DNA from: Dicyema japonicum
Lineage: Eukaryota > Animalia > Dicyemida
Length of the DNA stretch: 64,000 nucleotides
Assembly (NCBI GenBank): GCA_011109175.1
Contig: RDEW01000023.1
Location: 786,154-850,153 of the forward strand
Direction: 5' to 3'
Shown here: in pieces, positions 51,259 to 64,000 of the stretch
Position numbering within the stretch: the stretch's first letter is position 1
How the letters are laid out: each line of letters opens with the position of its first letter
The notes under the pieces: generated by a model
Databases searched by the model: none
Told to the model about the DNA's origin: nothing
What the model saw: the letters and a program-made list of their open reading frames with translations, nothing else
Position numbers and translations under genes: made by a program

Positions 51259-52479
51259 ATAAAACGGACAAAATTTCCCTCCAAAAATAAAAAAAATCTA
51301 TTTTCATAATCGAAAAAATAAGTTTTTATTTTTTTAATAAATTTAAGGTTATATTTAAATTTAAGTTTAAATGAAAAATATGAAAAACATAATTTCGAAG
51401 CTAAAATTCATTTTAATCTGCGTTCGTCTCATTTAGATGAGGAACTCTAAGAAATTTCAGACAAACAAGAAGTTGTACCCACATAAGAGGATTAAGCCAT
51501 TCAGCGCTATAGAGCTATAATGCCATCTAATCTCCCCATATATTGCGACAAGCTAACCACGTGGTTAATTGTTCGGACGGTCGAGATGGCGAGGTATCCC
51601 TATTGCACGAAATATTACTCCGCTTCANAAACATAATTTCGGAGCTAAAATTCATTTTAATCTGCGTTCGTCTCATTTAGATGAGGAACCCTAAAGAAAT
51701 TTCAACAAACAAGAAGTTGTACCCACATAAGAGGATTAAGCCATTCAGCGCTATAGAGCTATAACGCTATCTAATCTTCCCATATATTGCGACCAGCTAA
51801 CTACGTGGTTAATTGTTCGGACGGTCTAGGTGGCGAGGTATCCCTATTGCACGAAATATTACTCTGCTTCATGGCGGATCAAAGCCCTTGTATTCATCTG
51901 GTAAGGATAGACGTGGTGACAGATTCTGGAGACAAGTTCACACAAATGGAGTGGACAATACATCTGGGTTCTTGTCCAGCCAAATTGAAGTAACTTTGAG
52001 GATTATCTGATAGAAGATAATACGAAATATAGTTTAGTTCAGCCATGCCCAAAGGGGAGCCACGAAAAAAAAGATTTTTAATACAAAATTTGTTGAAAAT
52101 TAATATATAATTTTATTTTTGAGGTCATTTTTGAAGTTTCCTCATCTCTTTTTTCTGGACTTTTCTTTTGTTTAATAATTGCCCAAAGGGGAGCCACAAA
52201 AAAAGATTTTTAATACAAAATTTGTTGAAAATGAATATATAATTTTATTTTTGAGGTCATTTTTGAAGTTTCCTCACCTCTTTTTTCTAAACATTTCTTT
52301 TGTTTAATAATAAAATTGTTTATAATTTTATTATTATTTTTTCCAGTATTCGTATATAATTTACTATGTGGTCAACTTTTTATCAAATCGTACAATCTTA
52401 TAAATAAATAAAATAAAAATATTTATAATAATGATTAATTATTTTAGAAAAAAACTGGATTTGAGTAATATAACCAAAA

Positions 52480-54060
52480 AAGCATCGACAATATTCTGAA
52501 GAATATTTATCATGGATTTATTACATCACCTAATAATCGAGATACGCCATTTTGCTTAATATGCCATCGTACAGGATATAATATGTCACATCCCCACTTG
52601 TGGAGGGGCCTTTGAGTGGAACTATGGAGGAGATAATTCTTGCTATTAATGGATGCAAAAATAAAGCTCCGGGATGGGATTTTATCCTCTTGACTGTCTT
52701 CAAAAATGCGGGAATATTATTATTGAAAACGTTATGGGCTTTATTTAATTCTTCGTGGTGTTCCGGACATGTTCCTTCTACGTGGAAGAAGTCTTTTGTA
52801 CGGATGATCCCGAAGAAGGGAAAAGCTAGTTCAAATCCAGAGAACTACAGGCCAATAAGCATAATATGCAGTATATCGAAAATCATGGAAAAAATCATTT
52901 TCAACGAATCATCAAAATACGTTGAAGACAACAATTTTCTTCTTGATGATCAGTGGGGTTTTCGCCCCACTAGAGGTACTGGAGATTCTTTCTCAATATT
53001 ATCAAATTTTACATGTGTTGCTAAAAGGAAAAGAGAATGTCTTACGGCCATATGTCTAGACATATCACAGGCTTTTGATAGCGTTTGGCATGCTGGGTAA
53101 TTGAAAACTTTGTCAAGTTTTAATGTTGGGAGCAAGGCTATAGTGTGGATTTTCTTTCTAGTAGATAATCGTTTATACGTGTTGGAGATCATATATCAAA
53201 GAAAATTTTATTAAAAAGAAGGGTTCCACAAGGGTCAGTCTTAAGTCCTTTCTTATTCAATTGTATTATGTGTGACATTCCGAAGGTTGAACACCAAAAT
53301 TCGAAAATGCTTATTTATGTTGATGACATTCTTTTGCTTGATCAAAGGGTCAGTCTTAAGTCCCCTCTTATTCAATTGTGTTATGTGTGACATTAAAATT
53401 CGAAAATGCTTATTTATGTTGATGACATACTTTTGCTTGATCAAAGTATTAATAGATCGATTTCCTGAAAACGTGTTTCAACACATCTAAAAAATTAAAT
53501 GGTGCCGAGATAAAGGTTTATCCCTATCTTTTGAAAAGTGTACTGCTTCATGGACTGTGAATAACAAGAATAAATCAAACATTTGTATTATTACTGAAGC
53601 AATCAAATGCATGGAAGAGTTGCAATATCTTGGTGCTTGTGTGAACTCGAAGGGTTTCTTCATTAATTATATCAAGAAAAAGAGGAAAAAAGCTACAGCT
53701 ATGTTGAAATCGCTTCTACGTTTTCAATTAAGTCCGGAAACTTTTTTTATGTGTATACAGCTTGTATAGAACCATTCTTGATTTATGGCTTCCAAGAATG
53801 GTTTGAAAGTGATGTGAAGTACTCTTGTAGAGCTTCTCGATAAATCGAGGAGATATGCTATTAAACTAACATATGGACTTGATTTTGAGTCTAAATTACC
53901 GCCTAGTGATGAGAGACATGCAAGATTCATTGAGAAAAATATTGCACCACCTGAAAAAATAATTCTTGTTGGATGCAAGGGGTCAATAATTCGAAGAGGA
54001 GACATATGGTGTCTCGTTATACCAGACTCATCAACAGGACAAATTCGTTGTCTTTTCCCT
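52480..54060 (+). mobile_element. Jockey/I-like LINE RT, degenerate
   Basis: KAPGWD...NYRPISIICSISKIME...QWGFRPTRGT...DISQAFDSVWHAG, GVPQGSVLSP, YVDDI, YLGA. Confidence 0.85.
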
Positions 54061-54339
54061 TTCTAATTAGTTTTTAATTAGCAACGAGTTTGTTATGTTA
54101 ATAAAAAATTATCTATCTATGCCATCGTACATTAACGAATGAAAGCATGAAGCCAAACTAAAAATCATTTGGATAGTGCACATAAAAATAAAAAAGATAA
54201 ACCAAATCTTTGGATTTTTTATAAAACTGACGGCAAAAACTTTTTTTAATATTTATTAAAACTCGACAAAAAAAGAATTTGGTAGTAAATTTCAAATTCT
54301 ATTTAGGTTTAATCAAATCATATAAAACGTGTAAACATA

Positions 54340-54420
54340 TGTCCAAATGCGGAAATTATCATAATATTGGAGAAACACTAATTATTCCTGCTGCAGAAAT
54401 AATTTTATCTCAAGTTCAAA
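54340..54420 (+). mobile_element. Buster/SPIN-type hAT transposase fragment (repeated at about 55480-55560)
   Basis: HNIGETLIIPAAEII resembles the HTI(G/A)E.LI.PAA motif. Confidence 0.5.
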
Positions 54421-54539
54421 ATGTGGATTCGGATTAAAATGTTGTTAAACTTTGGGAGTTTTTGATTGAGGTGGTGACTACATCTCTATTGCACTATGTC
54501 TTATTCGTATTCTTTACCGACTTCTCAGGACTTAAACAA

Positions 54540-56460
54540 TTGCAGAGGACTTAAACAACCTCACAAGAGACACCAACTGGTATGCGACCTAGCCACAAGA
54601 AGAAGATAGGACTAAACACCAGGCTTAGAATATACAAAGCTTTTGTCATCCCAGTAATAACCTACAACTCTGGGATTTGGGGAATCTCTAAACGGGAAAT
54701 GGACCGTCTTGACTCTTTCCACAGAGTTCAGCTCAAATCGGTAAAATCAACTGGCCTATGAAGATCTCTGATGCAAACCTTTATAATGAATGCAAATACG
54801 GCGTGCTGTCAGATGATATTTTCAAATCAAGATGGAGCCTCTTTGGCCACGTGGTACGCTTAAATGACCAGGTCCCCGCAAACGTCGCAATGGATAACTA
54901 CTTCGCACACACAGGAACCAGATTTCGCAGAAGGCCAAGAACGACACTTCCGACTATCTTGAACGAAGACCTATCGACGGTTGGTATGAGACTAACTTCG
55001 GCGGACGATCTGGACTACCTAAGAGAATTAGCGCGCAATAGAAGATCATGGTCGAGGTTAACGGAGAGGATGATTAGGAATACGGCACAAGGGAAACTTT
55101 ACTAATTTATGTTTTCTCGGGAGTGCTTTTAATAATAATAAACTTAGGAAGACACAGGATATAATACAGTAAACTCTCCCAAATTTGCCATTTTTGGTTC
55201 CAGCTCTTTGTTTTAAACGTTCTCAAAAAGATCCTTTTCAATTTCGTTTAAATCGGATGCTATTTCATTCTTGTTTAGGGATTTCATTTCAGTAGTTTCT
55301 TCGTGGATGAGTATCTCATTATCATAAATTAATGATGTTATTTCTTCTTTATCCATTGCATTTTTTCAGAAAAATTTATAGACAAATTTTTCGATTTNTA
55401 TTGAAACTCGACAAAAAAAGAATTTGATAATAAATTTCAAATTCTATTTAGGTTTAATCAAATCATACAAAACATGTAAACTTTTTTCCAAGTGGGGAAA
55501 TTATCATAATATTGGAGAAACACTAATTATTCCTGCTGCAGAAATAATTTTATCTCAAGTTCAAAATGTGGATTCAGATTAAAATGTTGTTAAACTTTGG
55601 GAGTTTTTGATTGAGGTGGTGACTACATCTCTATTGCACTATGTCTTATTCGTATTCTTTACCGACTTCTCCGTTCACTCTGGGAACTTTCAATTGCAGA
55701 GGACTTAAACAACCTCACAAGAAACACCAACTGGTATGCGACCTAGCCACAAGAAGAGGATAGGACTAAACACCAGGTTTAGAATATACAAAGCTTTTGT
55801 CATCCCAGTAATAACCTACAACTCTGGGATTTGGGGAATCTCTAAACGGGAAATGGACCGTCTTGACTCTTTCCACAGAGCTCAGCTCAAATCGGTAAAA
55901 TCAACTGGCCTATGAAGATCTCTGATGCAAGACCTTTATAATGAATGCAAATACGGCGTGTTGTCAGATGATATTTTCAAATCAAGATGGAGCCTCTTTG
56001 GCCNAACGGGAAATGGACCGTCTTGACTCTTTCCACAGAGCTCAGCTCAAATCGGTAAGATCAACTGGCCTATGAAGATCTCTGATGCAAACCTTTATAA
56101 TGAATGCAAATACGGCGTGTTGTCAGATGATATTTTCAAATCAAGATGGAGCCTCTTTGGCCACGTGGTACGTTTAAATGACCAGGTCCCAGCAAATGTC
56201 GCAATGGATAACTACTTCGCACACACAGGAACCAGATTTTGCAGAAGGCCAAGAACGACACTTCCGAGTATCTTGAACGAAGACCTATCGACGGTTGGTA
56301 TGAGACTAACTTCGGCGGACGATCTGGACTACCTAAGAGAATTAGCGCGCAATAGAAGATCATGGTCGAGGTTGACGGAGAGGATGATTAGGAATACGGC
56401 ACAAGGGAAACTTTACTAATTTATGTTTTCTCGGGAGTGCTTTTAATAATAATAAACTTA
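54540..56460 (+). mobile_element. Two tandem copies of the young RTE 3' fragment inside a roughly 1.2-1.3 kb duplication joined by n
   Basis: ORFs 54758-55105 and 56072-56419 are almost identical, and the flanks are duplicated too. Confidence 0.8.
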
Positions 56461-57480
56461 GGGAGCCACATGATATAATACAGTAAACTCTCCCAAATTT
56501 GCCATTTTTGGTTCCAGCTCTTCGTTTTAAACGTTCTCAAAAAGATCCTTTTCAATTTCGCTTAAATTGGATGCTATTTCATTCTTGTTTATGGGTTTCA
56601 TTTCAGTAGTTTCTTCGTGGATGAGTATCTCATTATCATCAATTTATGATATTACTTCTCCTTTATCCATTGCATTTTTTCAGAAGAATTTATAGACAAA
56701 TTTTTCGATTTCAATCGGATCGTGAATATCCGTATTAGATAATACTTCTTATGTTCACATTTACTATGGTGTACTAATACTCGACTTTTTTTTAGAATTC
56801 TAAAACAATTTTTGATTGTTTTGGTTATACATCTTCCCAGGCCATTTTATAAATAGAACAATGTCTTTAGGTTCAAATTTTTATATCATTCATAAACTGA
56901 CGTGTTTTTTTTCCAATAATCCAGTAAGATACTCAAATTTGTGTCTAAAGTGGACTTGTTTTAATAATTCCCAAATCCATTGGCTGAATTATTCCAGTAT
57001 TTTAATATTTTCCAAATTCGATGGCATACAATGAAAAGGACAAGTATCTATAAGGAGCAAAATTGATTTCTCTGCCCTAAAAGGTTATTGAAATTTATCA
57101 TCTAGTTAATAACAATAAATCCGGTCATTCACGCTATTTTGGAACTGTAATACGAAACAGAATACAGTTAATCATAAATTTTTGAAACATTTTGGCATTT
57201 TTGATTTTCCAATCAATAAAAGCTTTAATTTATGATTCTCAGACATATTTGTGCATAACATCACTGATACTCTATTTTTGAAGATCCTTTATCTTCCGAA
57301 CGGAGTCTTGCATATACACGTGGATGGAATAAGCTTGTAAAATTCCCAGTTACATCCAGGTTATAAATCTGCTCGCAGGTATATGATTTTGAAACTTCAT
57401 GAAATTTTTTGAGAAACCATTCAATATCGACACTTTTCTCAGTGCACCTTTGCCCATGTAATTTTTTCAGCCAAAATCCA
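56460..57480 (-). mobile_element. pogo/Tigger (CENP-B-like) transposase relic
   Basis: The minus strand gives EQIYNLD.TG.FYKL, VMLCTNMS..HKLKLLLIGKSK.P, LLLIDTCP.H and IQPMDLGIIK. Confidence 0.75.
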
Positions 57481-58049
57481 CGCCTTTTCTTAAATTTGGA
57501 TAAAATCCATAAAAGTATTTAAAATAGTGGAGAGAAAGCTGGTTAACGAAGAATTTTGTTTTTGTTCGTTAGTGAGTCTTTTATATCGACCATTAGAAAC
57601 ACAACGGGCATGCTACTCGAATTAAGTTTTATTGTTTTAATTTTTAGTAATTTTTTTAAAACTTTAAAAAATGATGGCAAATTTTGGAATTAACAAATTT
57701 CCACTAAAATTAGAATATTTCTTTAAAAAATGGCAATTCTGATAATTGGCTTTTTTAAAAGAGTTAACTAAATGTCACATTCTTGATGCCTATGGGCAAC
57801 CTATTTTTTACGTGTTTCCATGGTAACAAGATATCAATTGCTAGATTTAACAAAGAATTTATTTAAAATAATAAAAAACAATTATTTTTTAAGTCTTGAC
57901 ATTAAGACCGATCTTCTTCCATTAGAAAATTCAACCTATCATAAATTTGAAAAAAACCTCTACACGTGAATTAGATAAAATAGAGACTATTTCGCAAGTA
58001 TCAGAATATTTGGATTCAAACTTATCAAGCATCAATGATGGGTTAGTTC

Positions 58050-58900
58050 CATGATCTTTCGCGATTTGTACCTAAATGCACCATAAATTTAACTTGATCT
58101 CCAATAACATAATTGTACTTACTACAATGTACACCCATTTGTCTATTCATCCGTCGATAGTATTCGTCGTCACCCCCAATTGGTGTTATCTCAAAATTAA
58201 AGGATTCTACAAAATTGTAATTTATAAATTAAAAACCGCCATTAATTTGATGAGCCGATTCGCAAATAGTTGAAACGTCATTAACTCTTATCACTGATTC
58301 TAAAATTATAAAATTTAAATGTAGCACGTTCTTCGCATTCTATCATTTGTAAAGAATTTGTTCCAAAAATTCCGCGATACCGTTTGAATGGTGTCTCATT
58401 TGAAAAAGAGTGCATTGTCGTATTGTAGCAGTAAACTGCATATTCTATTTCTCACATAAAGATTGAATGTTGGCATTTTTAAATTCATCCCGTTGTCCGA
58501 AAGTAAAATTTGACATTGTCCATATAAGTGAAAAGGGACTCTATATTCCGACATACTTCAAATGCCGACTTATTTAACAACGGCCTTGCAAAAGCGAAAC
58601 TAACGTGGTTATATATAATTTTAATACTGACTGAGAGTGATTCAGACATTTTTCTTAACCGTTGTACAGAGAAGAAACGAGGCACGTCACCACCTCACCA
58701 AAAAATCCATTGTATATCCTTGGTTGACACTGAATTTTTTTCAGATCGATTAGATCAATCTGAAAACGCTCATTTGGCGACAGGATAATGTCCCTGACGC
58801 ATTTTATTATCGAGTCGACGATTATAACGAACGAATGTAACTCAATGATGACCTTTAAATGGTTATTCTGAAAAGGAAAAATTTTATCCAAAATCTGACA
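58050..58900 (-). mobile_element. Ginger2-like integrase relic
   Basis: SPNERFQIDLIDL and HVSFAFARPLLNKSAFEV. Confidence 0.7.
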
Positions 58901-59299
58901 ACTTTAAATTTATTAACTCCAGAGGCCTTCTGGCTGTAACGTCTGGTGACATTGAATCAGAACGTTCAAATCTGAAAAATTGAGTTTTTAGCGAAGGTCA
59001 ATTATCTTCAAACATATTTTACCCGTAGGGCGACAAGTCCTTCTGTCATGACACAGTAGTTGAAAAGGATCTTCCTATTTTTTTCCCTGACAAAAACCAT
59101 TGGTGAAGATTACCACTATGAAAAGGCTCTTCCACCAAAGAATGAAGTGATGTCCGCGACAGTAGGACGTGTGATGAAACTTACCTACTTCTCTTCCGAA
59201 GCCTGTAATAGACTATTGGAGAATATTTTGGTCTTCACAAGCAGATTTCTCGAAGGGGTTAGTTATGGGCGATGGTTGGTTACCACAAGTCCTACCACA

Positions 59300-59900
59300 T
59301 TGCTTTGACTCTTCACCAGTATCCGTCTCCTTTTTTACAGATCCGGAAGTTTTTTATACGAGTCTCTAAGGGGACTCTTCTGTGATCTCATTTATCTCTC
59401 TTTAGCGCAAGATTGATAGCTGCTCTTCTTGTCTTTTCTAACTGCGGTATTATCTGGTTTTTGTAGGTGTGTACCCCATTACAGTAGTGAACCCCAGTGT
59501 ACTCCAACAAGAACGGGACAATGACGCGTTCGAACAGGAAGAGGAAAAGTTATTTTCCAATTTTCTGTTTTTCAATATACAAAAGAGCTTGGAATGCCCT
59601 CTTTTTTCTAACAGCTATGTCTTCATAAAACTTCCTTCCAATTAACACTCCAAGATGGTAGAAGTTCCACATAAATTGTCACCGAAATATAAATTCTGAA
59701 TGTGTTCAGTAGCGTCTTCTACTGTGAAATAGATTTCTTCTGTTTTCTTTATCAATTCATGTATACCCCCATAATGGCATAATATTACTGATAAATTTGT
59801 TGTAGTTCGTTTTTATAAACTCCTTCCAAACATCTTTTTGGGTTGACAAGTAACGCGTGTTTGATTACTGCGGGACCGGATTGTCTAATGGGAATAGCAC
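59300..59900 (-). mobile_element. LINE RT C-terminal relic (family of 42790-46520)
   Basis: KRAFQALLY...LFLFERVIVP parallels KRAFQSLLY...FIFKGVILP at about 45200. Confidence 0.55.
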
Positions 59901-60049
59901 ACAAGTAAAAAAGAAAGGAACGAGAAGTCAGGAACATTTTCAATGTCTTTGATTAGCCACCATGACTGTTTTTACTTCTTAAATTGTGAGTTTTCGTAAT
60001 GGAAACATTACTACTCGGAAGGGGGGCTATTATTACTATTAAACACATT

Positions 60050-60170
60050 GGGCTAGCGCAGTGTCATAAGTGCTGGGGGAAGGTCTGATGGCCCTTGGTT
60101 CGATTTCGTTGCTGGTTCCATTCGTCTACGATGCCTGAAATGACGAGTGACTTCCATCGAAACTTTTAAT
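60050..60170 (+). mobile_element. Short degenerate tRNA-derived SINE relative
   Basis: tagcgcagtg (A-box-like) and ggttcgatttc (B box), followed by ggttccattcgtctacgatgc...tgacgagtgac, which aligns to the SINE body. Confidence 0.55.
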
Positions 60171-61249
60171 TATTTTTTTACTTCATTAAAATTTTTGCAA
60201 TAATATCTAGCAACTTCCCAATCTTGTCAGAATAAATTGGGTAGGTACTCGTTTTCAACAAATTTTTCTCTTGTTTTTTCTGGTTGCCCTTATCTAAGAA
60301 ATTAAAAAATCATCTGATTTTTAGACAACAGTTGTGAAGACGTAGAATGTTATATTATGTAAAATCGTATAAAAACTTCCATACTTGTGCATACATGTAT
60401 CTGGCCGCATCCCATATCGGCAATAGAAAATTATCGCGATCACAAAATCCGTAGCATATCGTCAATTATCTGGCAGGTAATCGACCGCAGAAGACAATGG
60501 ACGACATTTCATGGATTGACTGATTACACAAATTGACTGCAACATTATATCTTCCTCGCCGGTAGAACCTCTTATGTGTTGTAGCAAGTCATAGTCATCC
60601 ACCCAGAATGGGATATTCTTTAATATAACCTCAGACGATTTCAAAGTTTCTTAACTGAAAGTGTGATTTCCGATCCTGAATGCTTGCTCCACCAGGAAAT
60701 TGTTCCTATCTTCAATTTCCTTAAATTAAACACGAAAAGACCCGACCCCTTGCACATGAGGCGAGCGTCCATTATCGAGCCAAGATGACATAAGGCGTTT
60801 GATAAGCTAATCGCTCCTCTTCCACATCAAAGGCTTGTCAATATCATAAACAACTTTTGAAAGTTATCTAGAGAGAATTGATAAAGTCCGCCTCAATTAG
60901 TTGTCTCCTCTTAAAGTCAGACCCACACTTTCAGGATCTTCGTAATAATTTTTGGGTATGACTGTTTTTAAATTCGGTCTCGTCGTCCGATTGCAGCAAT
61001 TTGCACGGGTTATTTATTTTATTTTCCATAAATATCGTGTACCGACACAAACTGGTAAATTATTCGATATAAGTGATTTTAAAAACTCAGTCGTTTATGA
61101 TTATGAATTTTCAGAACTTGTTGAGGAATACCTGGGTGGTTTCCTCTCCTTTGACAATGTGATGACCTATATCAAAGGCAAGGGATATTTCAGATTTCTT
61201 CATATAAAGAAATCTCCTTAAAAGGATTAACCAGTCAACGAAAGAAATA

Positions 61250-61800
61250 AAACTCAAGGTTCGAATACTGAACCAAAAATTAAGGACAAAGAACGTAAAT
61301 TTCAGAGGGCTGAATGGACCCGATTATTTTCAGCCTCAACAAGAATTTTCCTACTGCGGAAATTTGGTCGGCCATTAGACACATTTCAAATACCACCGAA
61401 AAGATACATAACGATGATTTCAACTTGGACAACCTAACTTGAACTCTACATTTCAACTTGGACGATCTAACAGAACCATGCATCTCATATGCGTGTGCTT
61501 CCTGGGCCCGATTATCTCTTGGACAAATTCCATGAAAATCAAAGTTAGCAAAAAAGGCTTCTAAGATTACGGAACGATGGATTCTGGAAAGTTTCAGTCT
61601 CCAATGCCTTTGAAGTCCTTAATACGTAAGAACCGAGGAACGTGGCGTTGCAACTAAGAGGAACCGGTTATATGGGCACGATGGATTCTGAAAAGTTTCA
61701 GTCTCCAATGCCTTTGAAGTCCTTAATACGTAAGAACCAAGGAACGTGGCGTTGCAACTAAGAGGAACCTGTTATATGGGCAATGCGTACTTGCGTTGGC
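61250..61800 (+). mobile_element. LINE RT 3' relic
   Basis: LTEPCISYACASW...KKASKITERWI, similar to the family A C-terminus. Contains an internal duplication of about 110 bp. Confidence 0.5.
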
Positions 61801-63252
61801 TCAAGAGATGAACATCGTGCTTGTAGTCTCTGTTCGATCGTGCTGGGGTTACATGATTAGTTAGGTTGGTGTTACCGTGATCTTTGGAATTTTTTCAATT
61901 CAGTTATTTTAGATATTTACTAGTCACGTGTGTGGTGTCATGTGATCTATTTGTCATGGAGACACCCATTGCTTGGAATTTTGAATATTTACCTGTCACG
62001 TATACAGAAAGGATCTCGCTCTTTCTTCACTAGATGAGTTCACTGACAGAGGTCACGCATGAAATATGGTCTCATTTTGACGGTGGGAACTGGGATCACT
62101 AAGTTAGTTAAGGACGTTCTTTCTCTGACACGGTGATGCTGGGGACTTTCTCTAAAAAGAACCAAGACTATCTAGAAAGTAACAACCGAAGGAGGACGCT
62201 CCAAGAGATCAGTCAGATGCATTTGGTGAAGCGGGAAATTGAAGTCGTATCAAGACAAAAGGTAACCGTCATGTAGCCGGCAGAAGGTAAGAGGTGCACG
62301 ATTTTTTTGAGTCACATAGTAAGTCTAATAATTGTGTAAATTTTAATAAGGCATGTAAATTACTTCCTAACAAAACAATCAAAATATTGAATAATTAATT
62401 TTAATTAAAATTCTCAACCACAAATTAAAAATCCATTTCACAACCCACATATGGGCATATCGACTTTTAATGCGAGGTTTAGTGGTCACGTGGTTTCATG
62501 TGGTTACTTGATTAAAGATTTCTATTTGTTTTTTTATGTTCCTCCTCTCCCCTTTTTAATAGAGTGTCGTCATGTGATCCACCCGTCTCAGGTGGTGCCC
62601 AGACTCAGGAAAAGGATCTTTTGCTCCTCTATCCTGTTGGAAGAGTTTCCAAAACTGCAAGAAATGGACGTCTATACTGGTTCTGGATGAACTTGTGGAC
62701 TCTTGGAAGGACTCTGTTTTCCTGACAGTGTGAACTAGATACACTTAACTAGTTACCAAATGCTAATTTTTTTCTTGGTGTATTCTGGGTTAATAATATC
62801 GACTTTTAGTTTCCACCACACCTTAACGACCTCCAAATATAATCATTAGACCGCCTAGAAGATTCAAACTGAACAGGAAGATTAAGTATTACTACTTATA
62901 GACCACGTGACAAATCGAGAAAGAAAGAACCAGTAACCTACTAGCCGATCCCCGCTCTCATGAGAGCTCCCTGTGATCATTCGACGATTCGTTTAATAGT
63001 GTTATCTTACATGGTTCGAGTATTGTTATGATCCCACGTTAAGTCAACAAAAAAAACTATTCTGCCTTAAAAACCTTAGATGACATGACCACGTGGCTTC
63101 TATGTTCTTCCAAGTAAAATCTAAAGGTGCTAATAAATAAAGATAACAATCATAAAGGAATAAAAATAATATGTTAAATAAAATTAGTATTTTATTGTAT
63201 TCAAATTGATTATTATTATTTCAAAAATGTTTCCTCATAATTAGTTGAATTA

Positions 63253-64000
63253 ATGAGTCAAAGTATCAGACAGAATAGAAGCCTGGAACAAAAAGGCAGC
63301 AAAGCCTCGGTAAGCCATCCTCAGTCTTTGCAATTTTAATCATTTGCGTGTATTATTCCCTGTAGTATTAACTTTATATTGACTTAGCGTTGATATGCTC
63401 TAATTTAAGTGATTTTAACAACTCGCCGTTTATTTTTTGAAAATTTTATGAATTTTCAGAGCTTAAATCTCCGAACTCCCAGAAAAAATAGGGAAGACAC
63501 AATTGTGGGAAAATATAGATTCGTCCGAACTCTCGGAAAGGGCAACTTTGCTAAAGTGCTCCTCGCCAAGCACATTCCCACGGAACATTTGGTACCTTGA
63601 CTTGTATATTCCTTTAGGTTGCTGTGAAAATCATAGACAAAACTCAGCTGAACAAAAACAGCCTTGAAAAAGTAATTTCAATCTTTACATCTAGCTACAC
63701 AGGGAGGTCAGAATGCTGGAAAAGATTGATCATCCAAACATCGGTACCTCTCTTTTTTAGTTCAGTCAAACTATACGAAGTCATTGACCGTGAAACAACC
63801 CTTTACCTTGTCATGGAATATCTGTCTGGGGGTTGATTTTTTGCTCATTGTAGGTGAGATTTTTGACTACCTGGTGGCTCACGGGAGAATGAAGGAGAAG
63901 GATGCTCGAGCCAAATTCAGGCAGGTATATTCCGAGATCATGGTAGATTGTGACAGCCATGGAGTATTGCCACCAAAAATTTATCGTCCACCGTGATTTG
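63253..64000 (+). CDS. MARK: MARK/Par-1 serine/threonine kinase, 5' part (runs off the window)
   Basis: Introns of 150, 26, 23, 22, 22 and 22 nt. [17 protein letters not shown]...[37 protein letters not shown]...[37 protein letters not shown]...HRDL. Confidence 0.95.

Noticed and set aside
54230-56700. Apparent tandem duplications flanking single n characters (also near 2198, 6921, 16040, 16270, 21259, 26445, 32096, 33338, 43539, 51628, 56004)
   Set aside because: The pattern is typical of scaffolder joins between overlapping or allelic contig ends. Treated as artifacts, not as repeat arrays or CRISPR-like structures.
61950-62760. GC-richer segments with short ORFs upstream of MARK
   Set aside because: Several frames are open briefly, but none gives a recognisable protein or a coherent splice model.
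1-64000. Alternative genetic code or stop-codon readthrough as an explanation for in-frame stops
   Set aside because: In the host genes, the stops I traced fall inside GT-AG micro-introns whose removal restores conserved alignments. The standard code suffices.
1-64000. Prokaryotic features (CRISPR, operons, defence systems), rRNA, snRNA or telomeric repeats
   Set aside because: None recognised; the sequence is spliced eukaryotic DNA.

Overview
AT-rich eukaryotic genomic DNA from a fragmented scaffold, with six N-gaps and many single-n joins flanked by duplicated sequence. Islands of compact genes lie in a mass of dead transposons. The genes are split by ultra-short GT-AG introns (mostly 21-29 nt, mode 22-24), so the ORF track misses or fragments them. 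Spliced reconstruction by hand gives nine genes: an AIG1/ADTRP-family membrane hydrolase, a very divergent Ran GTPase, a RhoGAP, a ZIP8/14-like metal transporter, an aldo-keto reductase, a cationic amino acid transporter, GLMP/NCU-G1, the meiotic factor REC114, and the 5' part of a MARK/Par-1 kinase. The proteins look metazoan. Together with the micro-introns this suggests a reduced parasitic animal such as a myxozoan cnidarian (a dicyemid is an alternative); this is inference only. Mobile DNA includes Jockey/I-like, RTE, CRE-like and another RLE-type non-LTR retrotransposon, Ginger2-like integrases, hAT and pogo/Tigger relics, and a tRNA-derived SINE family whose tail matches an RTE 3' end. 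The most striking signals are (1) an apparently length-measured micro-intron system in which AGs ending 16-20 nt from the donor are skipped and one ATG is split by an intron, (2) a cryptic REC114, (3) a Ran with a remodelled switch II, and (4) a SINE-LINE partner pair. Family assignments rest on remembered motifs, not database searches. TE boundaries are approximate.
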